The notes under the pieces: model-generated
Databases searched by the model: none
What the model saw: the letters and a program-made list of their open reading frames with translations, nothing else
Told to the model about the DNA's origin: nothing
In this document: positions 46,701 to 54,925 of the stretch, in pieces
How positions within the stretch are numbered: position 1 is the stretch's first letter
Layout of the letters: every line of letters begins with the position of its first letter
Virus record (IMG/VR): IMGVR_UViG_3300034107_000498
Span: 1-54,925 of that record
Length of the DNA stretch: 54,925 nt
Source of the DNA: a virus
Taxonomy: Duplodnaviria; Caudoviricetes
Direction: 5' to 3' (one strand)
Translations under genes and position numbers: made by a program

Positions 46701-48485
46701 TGAAAATGCTTCAGCTTGGTCTCCTGTATTTGACAAAGCTGAATCAAGTAAACTAATAGCCTGAACTACAACACCTGCTACGATTCCGTAAATGCCAAAA
46801 GCATTTATTAAAGAACCTAACTTTTGGCCGACAATACCAATTACACCTGCAACACGAGTATACCCCGCTTGAAGTCTATTCATTTTACCTGTCGTCTCTA
46901 TTACTGCCTTACCTTCTTCATCATAACGAGTAATTACTTTTAACTTTCCTTCGCGGGCAAGAGCAATTTGTTCATTTAATTTAGCGTATGCAGCTCTAGA
47001 GCCGTATATGGCTTGAGTTTCTGCAGCTGTAGACCTAATACTTTCGCCAGCTAATTTATTTAGTGTGCGTCTATTTATAATGTCATTAGAACCTGGTGTA
47101 GTAAATCCTGGTTCTGTGCCACTAATAACATTTTGAGAAGTTGTTTCAAATGCTGTTGCGGCTCCTGCACGTATTGCTTTTAGCTTTCCAAGGTGTAACG
47201 TAAGCGCTTGTGCTTCGGCGTCGTTTCTGCCTTTTAAATATCGTGCACGATTTTCTAAAGATTTAATTTCTTCGGGCGTAATAGCAAACGGATCTTTACC
47301 TGCTAATGCTGCAAAATCTTTTCGACCTTTGGAAAAACCTTTAGCAGACTTTTCTAATTCAGCAATTTTATCTAATGTAGGTTTTTGTCTTTTATATGCC
47401 TCGGCAGCAGCTGCACCTGCGCTATCGGCTAGTGCACCTAATTTTTCTTGTTGGTCACTATATATTTGGGTAAAAACCATTCGGCTATCATTTGCCGCAT
47501 TTTTTAAATTCTGACGATACTGACCTAATGCAGGTATAGCGCTTTTAAGTATTGACGCCCCAATTGCTGCAATAACTGCTAACAAGGCGGTAGGATTTTG
47601 TGTTAGTACATTAACTAACGGACTTAATACCTTGTTTACTATTTCTAAAGCACCTTGACCTAAGTTTTGTAGACTGGCTAACAACCTATCATAAGGATTT
47701 GCACTTACATCAATAGCACTAAACTTATCTAAGCCTTCTTTTAATACTGCTGTAGCAAAAGCCTGACGTCTTTCAAAATCACTTAAACTACCTGCTGTTT
47801 TTCCTATGCTTCGTGCATAGTCTTGTGTAGCTTTTTCAATTTTTGTAAATAAGCCCAGTTCGTCTAACAGTTCAGGCTCTAACTTACTAATACCACGTGT
47901 TAAACGGCTAATAGCGTCTGGCATAGCAACACCTAATGCTTTGGAAGCTTTATTTGCTACTTGGCCTAGTTGTTCCATTTGCTTTGACGACAGTCCAGCA
48001 GCAGTACCTTTAGTAGTAGCTTCAATAGATTCACGCATACTAATAGCGCCATCAGTGACTTCTACTAGTCTTTTAGCAATTGTACCAAGAGATTGTCCAG
48101 TAACGGCACCTAACTGATCCATACCTTTGATCATGTTAGTAGTATCTGCTGCGTTACTTAATGCGCGAAATGCGGCACCAGCCGCAAATACATTAGCTGC
48201 ATAAGTAGCATATAAGCGTACTAATCCATCAAGCCCTCGAGCTTGATTTGCAAAATCTCGGCCAGATGCACCCGTTGCCCCGGCACTACCCCTGGCAACA
48301 TCATATTCGTTGCCACCCATCATGGCGTTTTTCCAACCGCCTTTACCTTTACCAGCAGGTCTATTCATATCCTTTTGAAGTGAATCAAAAGTTCCTTTGA
48401 ACGCCTTTAAATCCTTATGACTGGCATTAATAGTGCCAAGGTCGGATAGTTTAATATATAATACAGCGGTATCATTATTAGCCAT
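43770..48485 (-). CDS. tail tape measure protein
   Basis: 1571-aa Ala-rich helical protein; T5 pb2-like GRDFANQARGL..LV..YAT.AAN, KLEPELLDELG; C-terminal FAKGG..MGEAGPEAIMPL. Confidence 0.93.
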   Translation of the reverse strand: MANNDTAVLYIKLSDLGTINASHKDLKAFKGTFDSLQKDMNRPAGKGKGGWKNAMMGGNEYDVARGSAGATGASGRDFANQARGLDGLVRLYATYAANVFAAGAAFRALSNAADTTNMIKGMDQLGAVTGQSLGTIAKRLVEVTDGAISMRESIEATTKGTAAGLSSKQMEQLGQVANKASKALGVAMPDAISRLTRGISKLEPELLDELGLFTKIEKATQDYARSIGKTAGSLSDFERRQAFATAVLKEGLDKFSAIDVSANPYDRLLASLQNLGQGALEIVNKVLSPLVNVLTQNPTALLAVIAAIGASILKSAIPALGQYRQNLKNAANDSRMVFTQIYSDQQEKLGALADSAGAAAAEAYKRQKPTLDKIAELEKSAKGFSKGRKDFAALAGKDPFAITPEEIKSLENRARYLKGRNDAEAQALTLHLGKLKAIRAGAATAFETTSQNVISGTEPGFTTPGSNDIINRRTLNKLAGESIRSTAAETQAIYGSRAAYAKLNEQIALAREGKLKVITRYDEEGKAVIETTGKMNRLQAGYTRVAGVIGIVGQKLGSLINAFGIYGIVAGVVVQAISLLDSALSNTGDQAEAFSKSIDGVTDASKNLVRTFDVLNKTPFASGTIQGILALSNAQLEVSNSVETAIDAAKKLDRAMQTSPYDKVKDNIATFFGGGLSKNLAKSLNTTVQDSLQVFAEMGKKDEAEAILKQALGVESLDITSVTKAFEKGDPVIKKYSDAQKKLSSIIGNSSSNLQNFKSSTEISNKAYQEFIQSTANNNPLFKLGESLNDVSSAMLKVTSGGINEINAAFDDLTKNPEKFRLFGQDFVNEFVGMRDQFKLTFEAYNTYKNSINQLDREDLKLKKQLEFYNNAPDRLTNPEVANKIKALQASLDVNRESRGMASRQQTGLSTSVFTQAADLFSRGADKAFEKSKELINVALGQAAAKAALTIDKARAGSLTGEQAAIEQGRLKQRELQIQLNAINTNIDLIKSQELLRASIDESTALTAFNTAKPGEEQQAAELYGAAVIFKKALEESKGRGFVNIPLQNDGSLKESTLKLKMGTVNRQIATQQAAATGVQGEMAGGRIETDRAKRAGQLSDLQKMEGAQDSIRQQELARLNILGGITNSLTEQGLKDVQRLENLSAESKYLLEIAAGKTALADAAADQNFIEFDKQRKLLNFVEQRQEKEKDNKGLQDQFKIIDLRFAKEKLGRDIDSQAQENALKMTAAQLGAEQELFNARSSLGMIYGEQAETQRKTLEYSTLNNTILQSEIALQKEKSTVLAEIENRILKLAAAGKDTSEIEKEKAAALSNFESQRSALAITNDGRKRALELTQSLTDRQLAYGEVFKNSFDEMGNALIEFTKTGKLNFKSLIDGMIEGLIRYELQQQSVALYAAARPALMNLIGSVFGFGVGPITANGFRAQDLAGGSVTTTGPSFAKGGAFDIGLKTFAKGGMFTNSVVNSPTLFKFAQGAGLMGEAGPEAIMPLKRDSNGNLGVRAGGGGGSVDVVVNNYGNQQATTKETTDSRGNRKIEVIIGDMVASEVARPGSSVQQSLAGSFNSRPALARR

Positions 48486-48538
48486 GCATACTCCTATTCG
48501 TATATTATCAAAATTTTTTGATAATTTAACTAGAGACC

Positions 48539-48567
48539 ATTATAACATGTGAGCACTCTTTTGTCAA
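48539..48567 (-). promoter_or_regulatory. consensus sigma70 promoter for tape measure and tail tip genes
   Basis: Minus strand TTGACA-17 bp-TATAAT with extended TG. Confidence 0.88.
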
Positions 48568-48586
48568 ACCAAAAAATTTTTAACGC

Positions 48587-48618
48587 AAAAAAGCCCGCTA
48601 ATTTTTAGCTAGCGGGCT
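48587..48618 (-). terminator. Rho-independent terminator
   Basis: Minus strand AGCCCGCTA-loop-TAGCGGGCT-TTTTT. Confidence 0.85.
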
Positions 48619-48997
48619 CTTGCATCTTTTTCTTATTATTGATTTCTTCTGATCTTACATTGTCAATTATGCGTATAAGCATAATTACAAGTTTATGTTC
48701 AGAAACATCAATCTCTGTTGCTTCTAAAATGTCTTTAACACCTATTAAGGATTTACCTAAGTAACTGCCACTCATGGTATCCCATTCGTCACGGAGCATT
48801 TTATAGGCGTTAAACGCCTGTTGTACTTCTAGCGGAAAGTCTTCGAAATCAACTGGAATCTCGGACTCTAGTGGTTCGTTACCTAACTCTTCACACATTT
48901 CAAAATATGCGTCTTTGGTCATGCCAACACTCATATTTTGGAAATAATTGACCAACTGCCCGTTTACTTGCTGGAGTTGGTCGTCGAAAAGTTTCCC
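48605..48997 (-). CDS. tail assembly chaperone gpGT-like C-terminal part, reached by -1 frameshift
   Basis: The -1 frame from GGGAAAC reads KLFDDQLQQVNGQLVNYFQNM..., continuous with ORF 48605-48955. Confidence 0.85.
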   Translation of the reverse strand, partial: GKLFDDQLQQVNGQLVNYFQNMSVGMTKDAYFEMCEELGNEPLESEIPVDFEDFPLEVQQAFNAYKMLRDEWDTMSGSYLGKSLIGVKDILEATEIDVSEHKLVIMLIRIIDNVRSEEINNKKKMQEPAS

Positions 48998-49383
48998 AAG
49001 TCTGACACCTGTTCACTAATAAATGCGTCAAAGTTACTTGAGTTTTTCATTAAGTAAAGCGCATTTTCAGCTGTGTATCCTAGTTCTGATTCAAGGTCTT
49101 TGCCAGTTAAATCTACTGGAGCTAGTTGCTCAAGATAAGATAACTTAAATCCTGACCAGCCTTTTACAGCTGCTTCAACATAAAGTTGTAAAAATAAGTC
49201 TTCATTGAATTCTTCTGAGGCTTGGCGATTTTTAAAACTAGTTTTGGTAGACTTCTTACGAATCGACAAAAGCGTTTCGCGAGATAAAAATGCCAAATCA
49301 ACTAGAAAACCAGGCATTCCAGGGTATTCAACCTGAACTGATTTAGAAGGAACTAACAGTGTTTTTAAAGAGAGAGTAGTCAT
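48964..49383 (-). CDS. tail assembly chaperone gpG-like
   Basis: Between the tail tube and tape measure genes; VKGWSG motif; ends DLGNF at the slippery site. Confidence 0.85.
   Translation of the reverse strand: MTTLSLKTLLVPSKSVQVEYPGMPGFLVDLAFLSRETLLSIRKKSTKTSFKNRQASEEFNEDLFLQLYVEAAVKGWSGFKLSYLEQLAPVDLTGKDLESELGYTAENALYLMKNSSNFDAFISEQVSDLGNFSTTNSSK
48991..48997 (-). other. programmed -1 ribosomal frameshift slippery site G-GGA-AAC
   Basis: X XXY YYZ heptamer in the correct phase (TTG GGA AAC) near the end of the chaperone gene. Confidence 0.85.
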
Positions 49384-49401
49384 TTTATAATAATGTTTTT
49401 G

Positions 49402-49433
49402 AAAAAGAGAGACTGGAGATCAACCCAGTCTCT
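49402..49433 (-). terminator. Rho-independent terminator after the tail tube gene
   Basis: Minus strand AGAGACTGG-loop-CCAGTCTCT-CTTTTT. Confidence 0.8.
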
Positions 49434-49452
49434 GTGAAAATGCAGCTATTAA

Positions 49453-50643
49453 TTAAACGGCTGCGTAATACTTAAGTGTAACTTCGTTCTTAGCTTCAAG
49501 ATCGTATGCACCACCAGCAACACCGCTTGTAGAACCTTGAGCGGTCATAGTAATTGAAGTAGCAATAATCTGTTCAGAAGTAATTGCAGGAATAGTCAAC
49601 TGAGTAGTTGGCATAGCAATTTCAAAACGTGTATCGTTGTTACCGCCTACTTTGATTATAGCTTCAAACTTATTGGCTGTACTGCTTGAGCTAGCTGCTA
49701 ACATATCTTTTAGCAATTCTGCACTAGTACCAGAGCCTGTTTTCAAGTATGCTGTAACGTTAGCAGTAACAGAACGAGTACCTGTAAAATAAGTAATTGG
49801 AGTATTAACAACACCTAAGTTTGCAGGTGTTAAATATGTTAAGTTATTACTAATTGTAATATTACCGCCAGTAATAGCAACATTTCCGTAACTTGTAGCA
49901 GTCAATCCGCCAAAAGTAGAAGAAGCCAATGTCATTGTAGACAACTTGTTAGCAATGTAACGTGCAGATGTATCTTTTAACTTGAAATCATTAGGAGCAG
50001 TAAAACCACCGCCTGTAACAGAACCTGCGCCTGAGATTGTTATAGTTGTTGCAAGCTGACGCATTACAGTGCCTTTTCCAGCCCATGCAATAGCAGCAAT
50101 AGCATCTAAACCAAAATCAATAGTTGCTGAATCAATAGCGCAGTTGTCGATTACATAAGTAACGTCTTCAAACTGAATAATCAAACCAAAAGCTTGTAAT
50201 TGGTGTGCATTTGAGTTTGCAAAACTAACTGTTGAAAAAGGAATTGTTGAAGGTGCAACACCTGCAGTTTGTGTCCAACCATTACCAGTAACACTAGACA
50301 TAGAGTTCCACATTACATATTCTTCAGCATCGATTACATCGTCTGCATCAGGACCTGTTGTAATAGTAGCACCTTCGGTGTACTTGGGGCGAATATAGGT
50401 AGAAAAACTCCAATCTACTGGCTCTAACGAAGTATTAAAACTACGCTGACCACGAGTAGGTGCAGCACCTGCTTCGTTAACAGTAACTGTTTCTTGACCT
50501 GTGTTTTGTGAAAAAGAGAAACCGTCCAAAACTTGGAGTTCTCGTGTTGTTGCGATAGTGTGACCACTTGTGTCCACCTGTCCTGAACTATTCAATTTAG
50601 TCGTGTAAAAAACTCGACTATTACGTAGTAAATTTAATGCCAT
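49453..50643 (-). CDS. major tail tube protein, T5 pb6-like
   Basis: LNLLRNSRVF, QVLDGFSFSQ, EAG..P.RG...FN.SL.PV.WSFSTYIRP, YLTP..LG.VN.P. Confidence 0.9.
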   Translation of the reverse strand: MALNLLRNSRVFYTTKLNSSGQVDTSGHTIATTRELQVLDGFSFSQNTGQETVTVNEAGAAPTRGQRSFNTSLEPVDWSFSTYIRPKYTEGATITTGPDADDVIDAEEYVMWNSMSSVTGNGWTQTAGVAPSTIPFSTVSFANSNAHQLQAFGLIIQFEDVTYVIDNCAIDSATIDFGLDAIAAIAWAGKGTVMRQLATTITISGAGSVTGGGFTAPNDFKLKDTSARYIANKLSTMTLASSTFGGLTATSYGNVAITGGNITISNNLTYLTPANLGVVNTPITYFTGTRSVTANVTAYLKTGSGTSAELLKDMLAASSSSTANKFEAIIKVGGNNDTRFEIAMPTTQLTIPAITSEQIIATSITMTAQGSTSGVAGGAYDLEAKNEVTLKYYAAV

Positions 50644-50726
50644 ACTCTTTCCTTTGTGATTTTTGGAAGTATTTAAGCACCTTAACTAGATATTTATCTG
50701 TTGCTATGCTTGCGTAAGTCCGAGAG

Positions 50727-51167
50727 TTATACCAATGCGTAGCGCACTTGTACGTTGATTTCACCGACACCATAAGGAGCTAGTAGCCCTTCATCGGTAG
50801 TTATTGACTGAATTAAAATTTCAGTTGTTGATAAATTATTAGTAGTATCGTATACTAATACACGGTTATCATGAATTACTTTTTCTAGGTCGTCAAGTAA
50901 ATCTTCTAACTGTTGTTGCGCTTCGCTTTCACTGCGAACATATACCTTGATGCTTACATTTAAAAATCCCCATGTAAAATCAGCAGGCATATATTCTCTG
51001 ATCTCTGTGCCTGCGGTAAGATACACGCAAGGGAAATCTTGTACTTCGTCCCAAAATTTAAGTTTGGGATAGCTATTATCAAATAAATTAGTTTTGAAAC
51101 TACCAGTACCATCAATTATTTTAAACTTTTCAGCTAAGGCTTTTACAACGCTTATTCTTCTTGTCAT
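50727..51167 (-). CDS. tail terminator protein, T5 p142-like
   Basis: LKFWDEVQDFP, ITTDEGLLAPYGVGE. Confidence 0.85.
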   Translation of the reverse strand: MTRRISVVKALAEKFKIIDGTGSFKTNLFDNSYPKLKFWDEVQDFPCVYLTAGTEIREYMPADFTWGFLNVSIKVYVRSESEAQQQLEDLLDDLEKVIHDNRVLVYDTTNNLSTTEILIQSITTDEGLLAPYGVGEINVQVRYALV

Positions 51168-52636
51168 AATGCTACCGCCCTTAATTTATTACTTACTACT
51201 TGTTCTGCAATCTGTCTAATTGATTTAGAGATTAGTAATTTAGGGTCTCTGCTACTAGGTGCTGATTGACGACCTCCGGCACTAAATGTTGCATACGGAT
51301 TTTTCATATAAGAATAAAAGGCACTAATCATTCCTTCTCTGCTGGTACTTAAATACTCTACATTGACAGTACTAGCAAATCTACCTGTACGGTAATTTAA
51401 AACATTACGGCTTGAGCCATCTCCCATATTTGCACTAATTACATCTTGAAGTTGTGTATTTATTAACGCTAATAGATTAGGTACAGTTTCTGTTATTTGT
51501 GGCATTTCTCTGATTTTATTAAAATCAGATTTTGTGGCTTGTACTTTACTCTTTAATTTTTTAAGAGTCTGTATTTTAGTCTTATTACTTTTTGGTTTAT
51601 TTATCTGAGTAGTTTTTTTACCAATAAGTTTTGGAGATTGTTTGTACTGTTTAGTATCTAGTTTACTACCAGTAAGAATATTTAACATATCTTTTACAAC
51701 TAGATCTTTAAAACTAGACGAGCCTTTAGTATTTATTAGTGCCTTGCCTAGTGTTGGTGATTTAGTTAAAATATCTGTTATATCTTTAGTGTTAACTGCA
51801 AATAATTTTCTTAACTCATCTAGTATGGGGGACGTTTGATCACGACCAGACCCTTGATTTTTAACAGCACATTGTATTTCTACAAGATACTTACTGCTAG
51901 ACTTTATATATCCTGCATAAAATTCTTGATTAACAGCGTTAGGTAAATTAGCAGTATTTAAATCATCTGCTTCCAACTTAGCAATATATTGATCTAATAC
52001 GTTAACTAAAGCAGTACGTTCTTTTTTAGATAAAGAATCTGCTTTATCTAAGTTATTTCTAAATTCTTTAGTTAGATTAGTGGCGATGCCTATGACATGG
52101 CCTTTATTAAAATAGTACCCAAAAGAAGCTCTACGTTTACCTTCTGCTTCAATCTTATCTATTTCAATTTGTTTGGCCTTCCCTTTTAAATCAGAGCGCT
52201 TATTGAGTTCTGCTATTTCACCAGTAATATATTTTTCTTCGGCTTTACGATAGGCTTCTTGTACTAGGTAGTCATGTTCAAAAACATCTACTAATCTGGA
52301 GCTAATAGTATCGAAACCTATTGATTTAAATACTACAGCCTTACTATTATTAATAGTAGTAAAAGTTCCTTCTAGTTTACTTGCACCACCGCTACCGCCT
52401 TGTGCTATAGTATATAATAGAACGTCTGCTTCATGCCCATCCATTTGCTTACCAGTAATGGTTTTGTACATATTCATTACAGTATCTTTTGTAAGATAAA
52501 AGTCAGTTTTTCCAGAAACCTGCTGGGTTGCACGCAAACTTTTTGCTGAGTTAGTAATAATATTTTTATCTAGCTTTTCCAACCAGCTTTTATAAATTTG
52601 ACTTTGTATAGTTTTACTAAAGTCTGCTATACTCAT
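51164..52636 (-). CDS. tail completion protein, T5 p143-like C-terminus with a long N-terminal region
   Basis: C-terminal LNYRTGRFA..V, YSYMKNPYATF, RDPKLLISKSIR; synteny. Confidence 0.7.
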   Translation of the reverse strand: MSIADFSKTIQSQIYKSWLEKLDKNIITNSAKSLRATQQVSGKTDFYLTKDTVMNMYKTITGKQMDGHEADVLLYTIAQGGSGGASKLEGTFTTINNSKAVVFKSIGFDTISSRLVDVFEHDYLVQEAYRKAEEKYITGEIAELNKRSDLKGKAKQIEIDKIEAEGKRRASFGYYFNKGHVIGIATNLTKEFRNNLDKADSLSKKERTALVNVLDQYIAKLEADDLNTANLPNAVNQEFYAGYIKSSSKYLVEIQCAVKNQGSGRDQTSPILDELRKLFAVNTKDITDILTKSPTLGKALINTKGSSSFKDLVVKDMLNILTGSKLDTKQYKQSPKLIGKKTTQINKPKSNKTKIQTLKKLKSKVQATKSDFNKIREMPQITETVPNLLALINTQLQDVISANMGDGSSRNVLNYRTGRFASTVNVEYLSTSREGMISAFYSYMKNPYATFSAGGRQSAPSSRDPKLLISKSIRQIAEQVVSNKLRAVAL

Positions 52637-53199
52637 GTAAAATCCGCCATATATTGATCTAACACACGTTTGATCGCTGCGGGGAAGTTACTGGAAGCAA
52701 CATAATTAATCTGTGTAGTATTTGGATTTAAGTCACGAGTACTGTGTACAGCACCGTTATTTCGTGAGTAGTATTCTACTAAATCTAATACTGCTAATTT
52801 TAAGTCTGAAGGAATTACTTCATAGCCTGCAAAATAAACTACTTTGTATCCGTTAATTTGTTCTGGAAAGCCGGTTGGACTTAAACTAAGTACATAATCA
52901 TCACGTGCTACGTAGTCCGTAAACTTTACTAAATTAGTGTATGTCTTACCGTAGTCAGCACTATAAGCAACTGAGTTAACTGTAACTACTGGAGTTTCTT
53001 TTAAAATAATCTGTTTGAAGCCACCATCAAACACTTCTGTTTTGGCCTCGTCGTAAAAATCAATGAAAGTACGACGGCAATATGTTTTTACTAAATCGCT
53101 AACTTTGGGTATTAAGAAATCAATTTCTATATCAGAGTTTGTACTGTTAATTCCCATGTAAGCTTTGTATTCTGCTTTTGTTACTAAATTTGTTGCCAT
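52633..53199 (-). CDS. head-tail connector / head completion protein, T5 p144-like
   Basis: Start reassigned to ATG 53199 (MATNLV) with GAGG RBS; VSDLVKTYC.R.F, Y.AGY..IP.DLKLA, FP..IKRVLD.Y. Confidence 0.85.
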   Translation of the reverse strand: MATNLVTKAEYKAYMGINSTNSDIEIDFLIPKVSDLVKTYCRRTFIDFYDEAKTEVFDGGFKQIILKETPVVTVNSVAYSADYGKTYTNLVKFTDYVARDDYVLSLSPTGFPEQINGYKVVYFAGYEVIPSDLKLAVLDLVEYYSRNNGAVHSTRDLNPNTTQINYVASSNFPAAIKRVLDQYMADFT

Positions 53200-53240
53200 A
53201 AATACCTCGCTTGTTTTATAAAGGCACATAATACCTTTAT

Positions 53241-53266
53241 AAAACAAGACCCCGAAGGGTCTTGTT
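53241..53266 (-). terminator. C(UUCG)G terminator after the capsid gene
   Basis: Minus strand AACAAGACCC-TTCG-GGGTCTTGTT-TT. Confidence 0.8.
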
Positions 53267-53284
53267 AACAATTACACTAGCAGA

Positions 53285-54637
53285 TCAGGTTGCTGTGTAC
53301 TTGTGTGCTGTAACAGCGTTACCTAAGTTAGTGGTAACACGTGTCATACCGGTACGGAGGCTAGCCACCATAACGCGACGCTGTGTTTCAACTAATTCTT
53401 GGGTATCAATGCGGAGACCGCGCTGGTTACCAACGATAAAGTTGCCTGGGTTAACAGCAATAGCTCCTGCAACACCAGTACCTGGGGAAGCGAACTCTGC
53501 AGAAACCAACACGGGGCTTCCACCGATTTGACCGATTTGACCGGTTAACAGTGTAGCTTGTGAGCCAACTTGATTCATTGTTTGGAAGGTTGTGTCTTCC
53601 AGCAATTGGTAATATGTATCAGTATTAATGATATAAATTACTTCAGCTGGGTCGAGACCCCAAGCACCCAAACCTTGACGCAATGTGCGCAATTTAGCAA
53701 CGTTCATACCAGCAACAACAGTGTTACCAGTGGCAGTTGTGTTAGAAGCCCAGATTGACAATCCTTTAACAGGATCAGAACCGGAACCAGCACCTAACAA
53801 GAAAGCCTTGTCAACGGCGCGAGCAACACGACGAACCATACCATCACGGATGATTGGCATCAAAGCCAACAAAGAATCTTCTTCTTCTTCGTATGCTGTA
53901 TACTCGTTTGTGGCAAGTTTATAAGCATTCAAAGTGATTTCTTTGAGAGCGTGAGTAGCAGTTGCACCAGCGGAACCACCAGCTGCACCAAGGGTAGCAG
54001 GAACGGCGCCAAACTCAGCGTTAGTAACCCAAGTAGCAGTACCTGCTTCTGGATTCACTGGGATTGTCATCACGTTGGTTTGCATAGCGATGTTGCGGAA
54101 AATAGGAGCAACAACTAAGCGACGACGAACTTCAGACTCAAGGTTCAAAGAAACTTCTTGTTCCCATGTAGCTGAAGGCACGTGAGCACCGTATTTTTGC
54201 ACTAAATCGCGGCCAAGACGTGTACCGTCGATTGACTTGCCAGCCATTTTAGCTAAGAAAACTGCCTTTTCTTTGTCACCATAAGACATACCGTCTTTGG
54301 CTTCTTGGAAAGACATTTTTGATTTTGTGATTGCTTCGATTTCTGAAGCTTTTTCTTTCAAAGAAGCCTCTAAACCAGCGATAACTGATTTGCTTGACTC
54401 TTCAGCAGTAGCTAAACGCTTCTCAACTTCGGCCATCAAGCGCTCAGCACCTGTGTCACCAGTAGAGATAGAAGCAACAGCGGCTTTAACGCGTGCATCT
54501 AATTCGGCTTCTGATTTGTCAGCAGCGGCTTTTTCGGCCAATGCTTTTGCCTGTGTATCGGCGATGGCTTTAGCAGTGAGCTCAGCCGCTTTGTTAGCTG
54601 CATCAGCCAACATTTGTTCTAATTGTTTAGGATCCAT
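53285..54637 (-). CDS. major capsid protein, HK97 fold with N-terminal coiled-coil delta domain, T5 pb8-like
   Basis: Internal start MDPKQ with AAGGA RBS, 450 aa; coiled-coil N-terminus; IPVNPEAG.ATWV, AYKLA...EEEEDS...L.PIIRD.M, GQIG.I.G.PV.VS. Confidence 0.92.
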   Translation of the reverse strand: MDPKQLEQMLADAANKAAELTAKAIADTQAKALAEKAAADKSEAELDARVKAAVASISTGDTGAERLMAEVEKRLATAEESSKSVIAGLEASLKEKASEIEAITKSKMSFQEAKDGMSYGDKEKAVFLAKMAGKSIDGTRLGRDLVQKYGAHVPSATWEQEVSLNLESEVRRRLVVAPIFRNIAMQTNVMTIPVNPEAGTATWVTNAEFGAVPATLGAAGGSAGATATHALKEITLNAYKLATNEYTAYEEEEDSLLALMPIIRDGMVRRVARAVDKAFLLGAGSGSDPVKGLSIWASNTTATGNTVVAGMNVAKLRTLRQGLGAWGLDPAEVIYIINTDTYYQLLEDTTFQTMNQVGSQATLLTGQIGQIGGSPVLVSAEFASPGTGVAGAIAVNPGNFIVGNQRGLRIDTQELVETQRRVMVASLRTGMTRVTTNLGNAVTAHKYTAT

Positions 54638-54925
54638 TTCCCATTCCTTTTTAATTTCGCCGATTGCTTCCGTTGAGGATTCTAGCCCTTTAGCTGAATC
54701 GCTGTCGGGTGCAAACTGCATTTTGAAAGATTTAAATTCTTCGGCTGTATCAAACGCCTTAGAAAGACTAAATAGTGTATTTTGATTAGCTGGTACTGAC
54801 ACTACTGAAATTTCGTGCAGTTCTAGCTCTTTTACCACAAACAACTCTTTGGCTGCATCATATTCCGCATCTACGATTCGGAAGCCGATACTAAATGCCG
54901 TTAAGATGCCATCTTTTACAAGATT
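54638..54925 (-). CDS. HK97-type prohead protease C-terminal part (5' truncated), in frame with the capsid and without a stop
   Basis: Reads NLVKDGILTAFSIGFR...ELHEISVVSVPANQ from the window edge and continues into the capsid ORF. Confidence 0.88.

Noticed and set aside
48504-48525. GATAAT-containing palindrome as a Fur box
   Set aside because: The half-sites are in the opposite orientation and spacing to the Fur 7-1-7 consensus

Overview
This window is about 55 kb of a lytic, T5-like siphophage genome. The host is Gram-negative, judging from the two-component spanins. A freshwater or aquatic proteobacterial host is my inference from the accessory gene types, not something shown. (1) 1-10340, + strand: T5-syntenic replication/recombination block (D10 helicase, D11, D12/D13, D14, D15 flap endonuclease, dUTPase), a B12-dependent class II ribonucleotide reductase and a free-standing GIY-YIG endonuclease. 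(2) 10347-13760, + strand: a self-contained accessory cassette behind a duplicated 94-bp promoter unit. It encodes a Gly-rich/coiled-coil/Q,N-rich protein, a collagen-repeat protein, a BclA/C1q-like protein, a paralog and a Dps mini-ferritin. (3) 13763-54925, - strand: late genes, in transcription order a protease-capsid in-frame fusion, head-tail and tail genes, a tail chaperone with a GGGAAAC -1 frameshift, tape measure, an NlpC/P60-gpJ-like fused tail tip, a long tail fibre, a 12-kb fibre/adhesin island, a heme oxygenase + PcyX-type bilin reductase pair, spanins, a GH19 endolysin, small membrane/secreted proteins and PhoH. The best candidates for new biology are the exosporium-like/Dps cassette and the bilin pathway coupled into the late operon. 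All calls come from motif recognition by eye; no database searches were run. I saw no tRNA, CRISPR array, integrase or reverse transcriptase.
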